Assembly: GCA_004559785.1 (NCBI GenBank)
Contig: SFXD01000001.1
Location: 1-55,831, forward strand
Direction: 5' to 3'
DNA: 55,831 nucleotides
Source of the DNA: a bacterium
GTDB taxonomy: Bacteria > Bacteroidota > Bacteroidia > Bacteroidales > Bacteroidaceae
Each line of letters opens with the position of its first letter. The stretch's first letter is position 1. A program made the position numbers and the translations under genes. The notes below the pieces were generated by a model that searched no databases, was not told the DNA's origin, and was given only the letters and a program-made list of their open reading frames with translations. This document shows positions 1-9,179 of this stretch, in pieces.

Positions 1-632
1 CCAACATTTCCTGCGTTATAGCAGTTTTTCAGTTCTACTTGTATCACTGAACTTTCATTGCCTCCCAATATGCCGCCGGCATTGCTTCCTTCAGTCATAT
101 TGCAACTTACATTGCCTTCGTTGCCGCAGTTGACGAATTTAACCGTACCTTTGGCTACGCCACTCACCTTACCGGCAATACCTCCTACAAAGTTCTTGCC
201 CGATATGCTGCAACTGCTATCGAATACAAGGTTGGCTATGACGCATCCTGCCGTCACCCTGCCGAATACGCCTTGCGACGACCAGTCCTTGCTGGCATTG
301 TCTACGACAAGGTTCTTGATGCGATGACCACCTCCATCGAAGTGTCCACAGTAAGGATTTGGATTTCCGTTTCCCCTGCCGCCGATAGGTTCCCACGATG
401 TCCAATCCTTGAAGTCGATGTCGTTCATGAGCATACCGTTGGCAGCAGTATCCCCTTTTGCCACGATAGTTCCGAACTCATTCAGTTCGCTTGCATTGTG
501 GATGCAGTATACGTTGCCTATCTTCAGCAACTCCGCCTTAGACACGAGCGTAACGAGCATCAATGCTGTAAGAAGGAGAAGCCTCCCTGTTGTGTGAGTT
601 ATATATGCGAATATTGACATTCCTTTCATCAT
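1..632 (-). CDS. GLUG-motif surface protein, N-terminal ~210 codons only (gene runs off the left edge); last visible gene of the fimbrial operon
   Basis: Not in the supplied ORF track because it leaves the window. My minus-strand translation from ATGATG (632/629) stays open to base 1: MMKGMSIFAYITHTTGRLLLLTALMLVTLVSKAELLKIGNVYCIHNASELNEFG...YCGHFDGGGHRIKNLVVDN...FVGGIAGKVSGVAKGTVKFVNCGNEGNV...NAGGILGGNESSVIQVELKNCYNAGNV. The N-terminus looks like a signal peptide. The repeats parallel the GLUG block of the 47774-51298 protein (YCGQFDGQGHTISNLRV...AAGLVG...NCYNVGAV). Confidence 0.6.
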   Translation of the reverse strand, partial: MMKGMSIFAYITHTTGRLLLLTALMLVTLVSKAELLKIGNVYCIHNASELNEFGTIVAKGDTAANGMLMNDIDFKDWTSWEPIGGRGNGNPNPYCGHFDGGGHRIKNLVVDNASKDWSSQGVFGRVTAGCVIANLVFDSSCSISGKNFVGGIAGKVSGVAKGTVKFVNCGNEGNVSCNMTEGSNAGGILGGNESSVIQVELKNCYNAGNV

Positions 633-685
633 ATACTTGCTGTTTTCATCTTTCTCTGTACCTTCTAACCGTTTCCTCTGAAGCC

Positions 686-2020
686 TCACTCCCTGATAAT
701 GTATATTCGTCTGTCGTATATTTGGTCGGTTACTCCCGTCCTGCTCACCGTAATTTTCACATCCACATAAGCCTTGCCAGGCGTGTTGCCAATGCAGCCA
801 AGCATCTCACCGGAGGGCGTTACGGCAGGTTTGGTAGTGAAGATGTCTTCGGGGTCGCTCACGCTAATGGTGTACGTAAACTTGGGGTCGCCCGTGCCGT
901 AGAGCAATACGTAACCGTTGTACGTGTCCTCCACCTTGGGATATATCTCGAAGTCGCCTTCCGTGCCGAACTTGCAGTAGAAGCCCTCGTCGCTCTCCTC
1001 GGTGATGACGGCAGGATAGCCGCCTATGGGAGGATAGAAGTTCACGTCGAGGCTCACCTGATAGTCGCTCAGGATGACGGGGATTACGATGTGGTCGTTG
1101 CGGTAGATGGAGCGCAAATCCCTCGTAAGGGCAAAGAGGAGGTCCTCGGGATTCCCTCCCTCGCGGGTGATGTTCACAGCCATCAGATAGCGGCCCGTCA
1201 CGTTGTAGTTGGCATGAGACTCACGCACGTAGAATATGTCGTAATAGCCCTTGGCAGAAACTCCGTCGTATGCGCCCAGCACGGGGGCTGCCGCCAACAG
1301 GCTGGAGTACGTCCGAAGGTATTCCCTTGCCGTGCAGGGAACATCGGTGTCCCATCCCGACTCAAGGTAGGTGTAGTCAGGCAGCAGGGGCACCTTGTCC
1401 GTTGCCGACTGCGACAGCTTGAGGCTGTTGATGGTCACCTGCTTCCTCGACTCGTTGGCAAACCTCACGTCCATCTTGGCAAGCATACGCACCACCTCTA
1501 TGGAGAACACCTCGTTGGCGCGACCCGTGACCGTCACCTGCTGCTTGCCCGACATGGGCAGGTCCGTGCCCGAAGCCCAATGCTGGACAAGGGTATATTC
1601 GGCAGTCTCTACGGCTGAGGGGTATGTGCTGCCCACGATGAACTCGACGCCGGTCTCCGCCTTCAACGCCTCGGGAGTGATATTGGCAAAGGCGTAGAGG
1701 GTATAGGTGCCGGTAGGCACGTTTATCTCGATGCGCTCCTGCTCCACATAGGTCGTGAGCAAAGGGCTACGGCTCTCCACATGGCGCACTATGCCGTCCT
1801 TATCCACGAACGCCACCCACCACGTGTGTATCTTCTCCACGTCTGCCTGTGCGCCCTCGGGAACTCCCGTGGCACGTGTGCCTATGACCACTGTCACGCA
1901 GGCTTCCCTTACCTCTCCATTACTTTCCCCTTCAATTTGAACAGGATCCGAACAGGATGCTAAGGGAATGGCAAGGATAAGTAATGCCGACAGGAGGTAT
2001 ATGGTGATGTTTCTTGTCAT
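686..2020 (-). CDS. Fimbrial accessory/tip lipoprotein (Mfa3/Mfa4-like operon position); family not resolved
   Basis: 444-aa ORF with lipoprotein signal ...LAIPLASC/SD. It starts 25 nt after the preceding fimbrial gene and ends 53 nt before the GLUG gene, on the same strand. Confidence 0.5.
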   Translation of the reverse strand: MTRNITIYLLSALLILAIPLASCSDPVQIEGESNGEVREACVTVVIGTRATGVPEGAQADVEKIHTWWVAFVDKDGIVRHVESRSPLLTTYVEQERIEINVPTGTYTLYAFANITPEALKAETGVEFIVGSTYPSAVETAEYTLVQHWASGTDLPMSGKQQVTVTGRANEVFSIEVVRMLAKMDVRFANESRKQVTINSLKLSQSATDKVPLLPDYTYLESGWDTDVPCTAREYLRTYSSLLAAAPVLGAYDGVSAKGYYDIFYVRESHANYNVTGRYLMAVNITREGGNPEDLLFALTRDLRSIYRNDHIVIPVILSDYQVSLDVNFYPPIGGYPAVITEESDEGFYCKFGTEGDFEIYPKVEDTYNGYVLLYGTGDPKFTYTISVSDPEDIFTTKPAVTPSGEMLGCIGNTPGKAYVDVKITVSRTGVTDQIYDRRIYIIRE

Positions 2021-2045
2021 GTTCGTATTTCGTTATGATAGTGTG

Positions 2046-3668
2046 TCAAAGCCTGATGGGCGGTTGCGTCCTGAGATTCCATTCGCGGACGAAGATGCGC
2101 AGGTAGATGTGCTCCGGGCCGTCCTTGCTTGGCGAGGGAGTCCCAGGCCCCGTAACCTTGGAGACACCCACACGGTAGATATTGTTACGCACGATGCCAT
2201 ACTCCATGGGGAAGGTAAGATGGGGATTGCTGTCCACGTTGGCATGACGCAGCCATACGTTGTAGTAGCAGATGCCATCGGCGAACTTGGTTATCTCCGC
2301 CATGTCGGAGGGGTGTGCTGCCTTGTAGCCTTCGGCTGCCGCCAGGTTGGAGAAGTAGATGCAGTCAGCCTCCTTCATCGCCTTCTTGGTTGGGCTGTAT
2401 CGCCAGAAGTCGTGCCCCGTCTCATAGTCGGACATGGGAGAGTACTCCGTGGTGCACTCCTTGTCGGTGTAGACCTTCATGGGCTGGTATACAGCCCTCA
2501 GGAGCAGCCCCGTTATGAAGTCCGGGGTGTGATGTCCCTTGTCCTGCGTATTCTCGTTGGTATATGCCAAAGTCCTGATGTGCGTGAACGTTCCCAGCCC
2601 CGGCTTCGCCGTCTCCGTGCTGGCATAAGCCGCTATGCCCGTAGAGGAGAGATAGGATGCTAGATTGGCATGTACGGCATCTACACGCGTGCTGCCATAC
2701 CAGGAGTCGAGGTCTGCATCTGTTACGCTCCCCATCTTTGCCATGGTATGAGGCTCCACCACATAGTTCGTGGGCGTGCCATCTGCCCTCGTTGCCTCCC
2801 TTGCCCCATACATGGGCAGCGACGAGATGTCGTCCGAGGAAGTCACGCGCTTTATCATGTAGCTGCTCTGCTGCATCAGGTTGACGGGTATCACGTGGCG
2901 CAGTCGCATCTGTCCCAGCACCGTGCTGGAAGGGTCGTCGGGGTCGGCATACACCTTATATATAAGCTCCTCCCCTGAGGAAGAGAGGTTGGAGGCACGG
3001 TCGTACATCAGGTCGATGCGTGCCGCTGTCCGCTGTATCTTCACTTCGCCAAGGAAGGGGTCGTCCTTGGAGCCAGCCTTCGAGGTGACGAATATCTTTC
3101 CTTCATCTGGGTCGTTGTAGGCAGAGGACATCACGAAGCGTGTGCCGTCCGCCCTGTTCCATGCCGAGTAAGCCGTCTGGTTACGGAGTTCGCCCAGGCT
3201 GGCGGGCTTGGGCAACGAGGCACCTGCATTGCATACGGCTATCATGCGGTCGCCCTCCTCCGGGAGGTAGTCCCTGACGATGAACTTCACCTGTACGCCG
3301 TCGGAGAGGTTAGTCCATTCCTCGGCATTGTCCTTGTTGAAGAATCCGGTATACAAAAGCGGTGTCACTTCGGGGGCATCCATGCCCGAGGCATGACGTA
3401 GGATGTAGACCCACACGTCCCTTATCTCGTTCTCCTGCGACGTGCCGACCTCCCTGCCATCGCCAACCTCGCCGCCATGTGGCAAGGCACGGGTAGACTC
3501 GTGTGGAATGGAAAGGGTAAGGGAGATGTACGATTCCCCTGACTCGGCAGGACCCACATAGCCATTGCTTGCCGCATCGAACACGTCCTCGTGCGTGCAG
3601 GCAGCAAGACAGATTACAGCCAACAGCGCAATCTGTGCCAAGCGTATGTGATGGAATAGCAGTCTCAT
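2046..3668 (-). CDS. FimA/Mfa1-superfamily accessory fimbrial subunit
   Basis: 540 aa with lipobox ...CLAAC/TH. The C-terminal tail ...IYLRIFVREWNLRTQPPIRL resembles the tails of the two upstream subunits (..IHATPWAVRKQNVEL and ..IHITPWAVRNQSVEL). Confidence 0.55.
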   Translation of the reverse strand: MRLLFHHIRLAQIALLAVICLAACTHEDVFDAASNGYVGPAESGESYISLTLSIPHESTRALPHGGEVGDGREVGTSQENEIRDVWVYILRHASGMDAPEVTPLLYTGFFNKDNAEEWTNLSDGVQVKFIVRDYLPEEGDRMIAVCNAGASLPKPASLGELRNQTAYSAWNRADGTRFVMSSAYNDPDEGKIFVTSKAGSKDDPFLGEVKIQRTAARIDLMYDRASNLSSSGEELIYKVYADPDDPSSTVLGQMRLRHVIPVNLMQQSSYMIKRVTSSDDISSLPMYGAREATRADGTPTNYVVEPHTMAKMGSVTDADLDSWYGSTRVDAVHANLASYLSSTGIAAYASTETAKPGLGTFTHIRTLAYTNENTQDKGHHTPDFITGLLLRAVYQPMKVYTDKECTTEYSPMSDYETGHDFWRYSPTKKAMKEADCIYFSNLAAAEGYKAAHPSDMAEITKFADGICYYNVWLRHANVDSNPHLTFPMEYGIVRNNIYRVGVSKVTGPGTPSPSKDGPEHIYLRIFVREWNLRTQPPIRL

Positions 3669-3778
3669 CCCAATTACTTATACCTTAATCGTTTCCTATA
3701 TGCGTTTACCTTTTACCCTTGTCCCAATTACCTAATCGTGGGCTCCTGTCTCTGAATATATATATATGTATGGCAATA

Positions 3779-4990
3779 TCATTGCAGTTCCACGTTCTGT
3801 TTCCTTACGGCCCACGGCGTGGCGTGTATCCTGATGGAGCAGTATGCCCATTGGTCTCCCCTGAGGAAGAAGTTCAGTTCGTAGTCGTACTCACGGTCGA
3901 GGTACTCCTGCGGCTGGTATGTCCACAGCGGAGAGGTGCGGCATTCTGCCAGGAAGAGTGCGAGCGCCACGTCAGCCACCACCGCACGGCTCTGCCTGTT
4001 GACTATGCGTAGCCTTGCCGACCGGCTGCCAGCACCCTCGGGGTAGACGAGCCGGTTGAACATGATGTTGTAGTGGGCGGTACGTTCCTCCACGGAAGCC
4101 CTGCTGGCAGGGTGCGGCTCGTCTTCCACCGTCACCCCGTTGCCGTCGTACAGCGTGGTCCACTGCGAGTAGGGCCTATATGATAGAGAGTCGCCATGCA
4201 GGACGCTATTGTCGGCAGCAAGTACGGCGTTGTCGTCGAGGATGCTCACCTCGTAGTCGTCGGCATGTACGGACTCGGGATTGTCCAATTGTTGTAATGT
4301 GACGTTCAGGTGCTTTGTGTCCCTGATGAGCGATATGGTGGCGTATGTGGCGTAGCCTTCGCACACCTCCACGGTCTGCTCTTCCGTGGGATATATGGAG
4401 TATGGCTTTGACGTGACAGGCAAGGCTGGCGCACTATAGCCGTATCGTGGTGTAGTGGGCATCACCTTCAGCGTGTGCCACAGGGTATCGAGTGGTGCAG
4501 AGTTGTCCACGGCATGAGGTCCGTCGGGCTGCGAGCCGGCAGACGGGTTGGCATCGTGGTCGAGGGTGATGGCAAGGGATTCGGGAGTGTCCGCTCCATC
4601 GTGCCTGTACTTAGCCCCTGGTGATTGCAGGGCTGTCTGCCAGTCGCGTTGCAAGGCTATTGCCTGCAGTCGGTAGGCGTGGCCCGAGGGCAGTTCGTCG
4701 GATGTGAAGTGCATGGCATAGCCATACTGTGACAGCGGCAACGAGGCAGACGTGTTGGCAACGGACTTTTCAGCCACCTTGCGCCCAGTCTCGTCGAAGA
4801 CGTACACTTTGACATAGCCCACATGGTCCTTGAACATATCGGCGCGCTGCGTATTGTAGTCGTACACGAACCTGACATACAGTCCCGTGGGACAGTCAGA
4901 CCTGTCCTCTTCCATCATCGAGCACGAGTGGAGAGAGATGGACATGTACGCTACGGCTGCTGCCGACACCAGTTGATGAAGTAGTTTCAT
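3779..4990 (-). CDS. FimB/Mfa2-family fimbrial anchor subunit (lipoprotein)
   Basis: The track ORF 3779..5056 starts at a GTG inside the AT-rich spacer. The first ATG (4990) gives MKLLHQLVSAAAVAYMSISLHSC/S. The gene lies directly downstream of the major-subunit gene, and its C-terminus is ..RIHATPWAVRKQNVELQ. Confidence 0.6.
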   Translation of the reverse strand: MKLLHQLVSAAAVAYMSISLHSCSMMEEDRSDCPTGLYVRFVYDYNTQRADMFKDHVGYVKVYVFDETGRKVAEKSVANTSASLPLSQYGYAMHFTSDELPSGHAYRLQAIALQRDWQTALQSPGAKYRHDGADTPESLAITLDHDANPSAGSQPDGPHAVDNSAPLDTLWHTLKVMPTTPRYGYSAPALPVTSKPYSIYPTEEQTVEVCEGYATYATISLIRDTKHLNVTLQQLDNPESVHADDYEVSILDDNAVLAADNSVLHGDSLSYRPYSQWTTLYDGNGVTVEDEPHPASRASVEERTAHYNIMFNRLVYPEGAGSRSARLRIVNRQSRAVVADVALALFLAECRTSPLWTYQPQEYLDREYDYELNFFLRGDQWAYCSIRIHATPWAVRKQNVELQ

Positions 4991-5085
4991 TCCTGACCTT
5001 TGTTTGTAACTGTTATTTTGTTGTATGTATATATATATTATATAATGTATAGGCACTCAAGAGTGCGTTGGCACACCACAAGGGT

Positions 5086-5131
5086 GTAGAGGGCGCAGTA
5101 CGTTGGCGGTACCTCAGTACCGCGCCCCTAC
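5086..5131 (-). terminator. GC-rich intercistronic stem-loop after the major fimbrilin gene (attenuator or mRNA-stabiliser candidate; no U-tract)
   Basis: Arms gtagAgggcgc (5086-5096) and gcgcccctac (5122-5131) pair over 10 bp with one bulge. An inner ggtac/gtacc hairpin lies at 5108-5121. The structure begins 27 nt downstream of the stop at 5158. Confidence 0.35.
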
Positions 5132-5157
5132 GAAAAGTATTTATTACGAGACTTTGC

Positions 5158-6927
5158 TTACAGTTCTACACTCTGATTGCGCACTGCCCAAGGCGTGATG
5201 TGGATCTTCACGCTGAGGTAGTTGTCGACGTTGTCGTCTGGGTTGTCTCCACCAGTACCCGTTCCTGGGTTAATTGGGGTTGGGCTACCTATCTGGCGAA
5301 TGGCGGAGAGTTCAATCTTATACCAGTTGTTGCGGACTACGCCATAGCGACCAAGGTAGAGTTGCTCGCTCTTAGCAGAAATATCCGCACCATTGAGCCT
5401 CTCGTATACACCCTCTACGCTATTGTCTGAGTGGTTTGTACGTGTCCATGGAGTCTCTGCATCTCCGAAGTGCTTGATTAGCACGTTGTAGTAAGCCACA
5501 CCATTTTTATAGTATTGGAATTTAATAAGGCTATTTACATTAGCAGGAGTAGCTGATGAAGGAAGAGGATTTGTGGAAGTTGTCGTTATTGTATTTACTA
5601 CTGCAGTTCCATCTGCGTCGTTATTTGTCATTGTGACATTAATCCTGTTGGTTCCATCAGCATCATACCATGTCTTGAATTCTGTATTATTGTTGCAGAG
5701 GTATTTCATGATATATTCTTCAATCTTTTCGCCAGTTCCTGCTCCGGGAACCTGCAGAATATTGTTTGCTCCATAGGTGTTGGCTGTATAGAAGTCATGA
5801 CCACCATTGAATGTGGCAGAAACGGCAATACCTGTAGAGTTTTTTACGATTTGATTCTTGACATTGAAAGTGTTCTCGAATGTATAAACACTTTTGCCAT
5901 CCTCAGCCTTCTTGTCTAGAGTGCCAGGTGCAGATATAAGACCTGTGTTGCCAGTATAGTTTACATCCTCACCCCAATATGTACGATATACTTGGTCATG
6001 TATGGCAGCGCTACTGATAAAGCGATATTTAGAGGCGGAAATTAGTGCGCCATCTGAGCCATCTGCATAATAGCGAAGCCATGAGTTGTTCATCTGACGT
6101 GTGTTGTAATACGTGCTATTTACATTGCTCAGAGTCCACATGATAGATGCCTTGTCGTATGTTACGCCAGAAGCACCTGAGAGTGTTCCGCTCATAGAAG
6201 AAGACAACTTGACAGTCACCTTAGCAGCAGCACGCTCCATGTAGATTTCCGCTGCAGGAGCAGCCTGAGCAGCGGATTCGGTGGTAAAGATTTTATTTTT
6301 ATCAAGGTATGAAAGCGTCGTAGTGGTGACTGATTCACCTGGGTCGGTAGCACCTCCTGCAAAGTTTGCAACTGGAGCATTGGTCATGACAAATCCATTG
6401 GTTTTATTGCCTATGTTATCCAATACGATTTTACTAAAGGTAGGAAATGTAGTAGTTGTTGTGTAGGGTGTTCCACCTAACTTATTATTATCGATGTCAG
6501 TCAAGCCATTGTCATTGATGATAACGTATGCAAATAGTTTCTGGGAACCTGTCAGTGTAGGCTTCGTAACCTTAGAAGAGACTATACCCTCGGTTGTACA
6601 TTGGTTATTACCTGATACCTTATCGAAGGTTGTTACATTCATCTTGTAGGCAGACTCGAATGTTGCATCTGCCTCGTTATCTCCCTTGAAGATGAACAAG
6701 GTGGCATTGTAAACCCTGTACTCGTCTGGCTGAGGAGTACCATCGTCAAAAACGTCGTTGGCACGCGTGCCTGGCGTAGTGGGCAGCTGGATGCTGAATC
6801 CTACATAGCCTTCGCCTCCCGGCAGTACCTCTGGCTGTGGGTCAACTACTGGCTCCACTACCTCTGTCTCGTTGCTGCACCCTGTGAGGGCTGCGGCAAA
6901 CAAAGCTGAATAAAATAGCTTCTTCAT
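5158..6927 (-). CDS. Mfa1-family major fimbrial subunit
   Basis: 589 aa with lipobox ..AALTGC/SN, a Thr/Asn/Gly-rich body and the tail ..LSVKIHITPWAVRNQSVEL. It occupies the canonical Bacteroidales position: DUF3575, DUF3868, Mfa1, Mfa2. Confidence 0.7.
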   Translation of the reverse strand: MKKLFYSALFAAALTGCSNETEVVEPVVDPQPEVLPGGEGYVGFSIQLPTTPGTRANDVFDDGTPQPDEYRVYNATLFIFKGDNEADATFESAYKMNVTTFDKVSGNNQCTTEGIVSSKVTKPTLTGSQKLFAYVIINDNGLTDIDNNKLGGTPYTTTTTFPTFSKIVLDNIGNKTNGFVMTNAPVANFAGGATDPGESVTTTTLSYLDKNKIFTTESAAQAAPAAEIYMERAAAKVTVKLSSSMSGTLSGASGVTYDKASIMWTLSNVNSTYYNTRQMNNSWLRYYADGSDGALISASKYRFISSAAIHDQVYRTYWGEDVNYTGNTGLISAPGTLDKKAEDGKSVYTFENTFNVKNQIVKNSTGIAVSATFNGGHDFYTANTYGANNILQVPGAGTGEKIEEYIMKYLCNNNTEFKTWYDADGTNRINVTMTNNDADGTAVVNTITTTSTNPLPSSATPANVNSLIKFQYYKNGVAYYNVLIKHFGDAETPWTRTNHSDNSVEGVYERLNGADISAKSEQLYLGRYGVVRNNWYKIELSAIRQIGSPTPINPGTGTGGDNPDDNVDNYLSVKIHITPWAVRNQSVEL

Positions 6928-7048
6928 AATCGTAATTTAATTTAGTTAGTTAAAAATTATTGTTGTTTATTGTATGTTCTTTACCTTATATATATATATG
7001 TTTGTTTCAGTCTCATGCTAACAGTATTCCGCATCGTCGTGGACTCCG

Positions 7049-8533
7049 CTATTCCACGAGAGCCTTGTTCTTCTGCGCCTCGGGTAAGATGCCTGCTGCA
7101 TCGAAGTGACGCACGGCTGCCTCGTAGTCGCCCCTGTACGTGGCAAGCACGCCACGGGCATTCTCTGCCTCAGGCAGGTTGCCTGCCTTGTCCAGATAGG
7201 TCTCTGCCTCGCCGAGCCTTCCTTCCTTGATGGCGGCTATGGCAGCATTGGCATTGGCGACTGGGTCGGAGGCATAATACCTGAGGGCGGTGGCTATGGT
7301 GCGGTTGAACTCCTCGGAGCCCTCTGGGTAGAGACGAGCCACTCGGAACATCTGGTTGAGCGTCATCAACTGGGGCGTGGCAGCGATAATCTCTGCCAGT
7401 TTCTCGTCGGGCATGGGGCGGAGGCGGGTGTTGATGACGAACTTGGTACAGCGCAGCATGGGGAACCACTGCGGCAATATCTTCTCGCGATACAGGCGGG
7501 AGAAGGTCTTGGAGGTCTTCAGCTCAGCCTCCTTGGCATCGAAGTCCGACGGGCCGTACGTGGGGCGGTCTATCAACTGCAGCAAGGCATCGCGCTGGGC
7601 TGGGGTGATGTCGGCAGACTCCTCCACCTGCTGGCGGAACTCCTCCCAGTTCTCGGGCACGGCACTATAGGTGCAACGCTCGCGCGGGAGGCTGTAACGC
7701 TTGCCAAGGTACTCGGAGAGCGAGCGAGAGCGGTTGGTGGCAAGGTAGTCGTTGTGAACGTAAGGCGACTCGGGCGAGGCATAGCCGCACACGCTGATGG
7801 CGGCTATCTCCACATTGGGGTCGGAGAGCGCGTATGAGATGGAGTCGTGTATGATGCCCAGCTGCTCGCGGTTGTCTATGCGCTGACCATTGCGGCAAAC
7901 ATACGGGTCGGTATGGAGGGTGATGCTGTCCACCTCGAACTGCACCCTTGCCCTACCCTCGTGCGACACCACGGGCTGGTCCGTCACGGGAGGCGTGACG
8001 AAGCACAGGCGCATGGATGGAGCAGGATTCATGTCCACCGTGGCAAGAGGCTCCGACTGGTCGCTGCCCAGCGTAACGCCGCATCCGCACCTGTCAACGG
8101 AGAGGCGCAGAGAGACCTGCCCTCGCCTAATCCACGACTGGGCAGGGACGGAAGCCACGTAGGCGTAGGTCTGGGGCTTGCTGCCGTCACGCGCCACCAC
8201 ATGCTTCACCTCGCCATACTCCTGGCGAATATTGGCCGGGAGTCCGCTGCGCCTGTAGACATAGTGCATGTTGCGACCATTGATAAGTACCGTAGGCAGG
8301 GTCTGCACATGCCCCTTGCCGTCCTCCATGTAGGGGGTGACCAGCATCTGGCGGTTGCGCCCCATGGTGATGCCGTCCAGCACCATGCCCATGGAGACTG
8401 CCACCTGACTGCTGTCGGACGTGATGCTGACATTGCTCAACGTGATATCGCCGTCACCGTCTGCCGCAAGCAGGGTGAGGCAGGGAGCAAATGCCAGCAA
8501 TATGAGAATGAGAGTCTTTTTCATAAATAACAT
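7049..8533 (-). CDS. DUF3868-type fimbrial-operon protein with OmpA-like and TPR-like C-terminal parts
   Basis: 494 aa. A signal peptide follows MKKTLILILLAF (likely start 8524). The N-terminal block ..ITLSNVSITSDSSQVAVSMGMVLDG..LVTPYMEDG..LPTVLINGRN is typical of DUF3868. It lies 25 nt downstream of the DUF3575 gene. Confidence 0.6.
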   Translation of the reverse strand: MLFMKKTLILILLAFAPCLTLLAADGDGDITLSNVSITSDSSQVAVSMGMVLDGITMGRNRQMLVTPYMEDGKGHVQTLPTVLINGRNMHYVYRRSGLPANIRQEYGEVKHVVARDGSKPQTYAYVASVPAQSWIRRGQVSLRLSVDRCGCGVTLGSDQSEPLATVDMNPAPSMRLCFVTPPVTDQPVVSHEGRARVQFEVDSITLHTDPYVCRNGQRIDNREQLGIIHDSISYALSDPNVEIAAISVCGYASPESPYVHNDYLATNRSRSLSEYLGKRYSLPRERCTYSAVPENWEEFRQQVEESADITPAQRDALLQLIDRPTYGPSDFDAKEAELKTSKTFSRLYREKILPQWFPMLRCTKFVINTRLRPMPDEKLAEIIAATPQLMTLNQMFRVARLYPEGSEEFNRTIATALRYYASDPVANANAAIAAIKEGRLGEAETYLDKAGNLPEAENARGVLATYRGDYEAAVRHFDAAGILPEAQKNKALVE

Positions 8534-8558
8534 ATAGGTATGAGTCTTTCCTTGAAAA

Positions 8559-9179
8559 TCAGAATATGTAAACCAGCGAGAGTCCGAGCTTGGTAAGCCC
8601 TACGTAGTTGGTGGTGCCATCCTCCAGACGAGGACCACACTCGCCACACTCGTACTTGTCGTACCATACATGGCCGTAGCCGACGCCAACCTCAGCCTCG
8701 ACGTTGAAGTGACGCGACAATATCCACTGGTAGCCGTAGGTGAAGCCTACTCCGGCAAAGCATCCCTCGTAACTCTTGCTGCGTACCTCGCTGCGAATGT
8801 CGTCACCGCCAAGGAAGGCACCGGGCAGAGGAATGTCTACGTTGTAGGCATTGAACTGACCACCCATCAGGTGGGCACCAATGAAATGACCGTTGAAACG
8901 GGTACACGTCCACCACCTGTACTCGGGCATGAGCACCCAATGACGGGCAGAGCGTTCGCCATGCGACGTGCTGTGGAACTTCCATGGGTTGAGCCCATAC
9001 ACGAGCTGCAGGGTGCTACGACGTGCCAAGCCTACCTCTACGCCAAGGTTGGGCGTGGTGGTGGCATCGTAGAGCAGGTTAGTCTTCACCGCCATCTGTG
9101 CCATTGCAGCATTGCCGCACAGCATCCCCCCGAGCATGAGTGCTGCCGAGAGTAGGGCTGACTTGATAGTATTCTCCAT
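8559..9179 (-). CDS. DUF3575-type outer-membrane beta-barrel protein; first gene of the fimbrial operon
   Basis: 206 aa with a signal peptide. ..AVKTNLLYDATTTPNLGVEVGLARRSTLQLVYGLNPWKF.. matches the DUF3575 pattern, and the protein ends in the aromatic-rich ..LSLVYIF. Confidence 0.7.
   Translation of the reverse strand: MENTIKSALLSAALMLGGMLCGNAAMAQMAVKTNLLYDATTTPNLGVEVGLARRSTLQLVYGLNPWKFHSTSHGERSARHWVLMPEYRWWTCTRFNGHFIGAHLMGGQFNAYNVDIPLPGAFLGGDDIRSEVRSKSYEGCFAGVGFTYGYQWILSRHFNVEAEVGVGYGHVWYDKYECGECGPRLEDGTTNYVGLTKLGLSLVYIF

Noticed and set aside
590-1618. Long ORFs antisense to well-supported genes. Examples are 590..1618(+), 7106..7837(+), 7847..8530(+), 13127..14197(+), 17578..18507(+), 30588..31517(-), 32118..32900(-) and 35302..36576(+).
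   Set aside because: Each lies fully inside, and opposite to, a CDS with clear family motifs. Their translations are Arg/Gly/Ala/His-rich, low-complexity strings typical of shadow frames in GC-rich coding DNA. None has signal or domain patterns.
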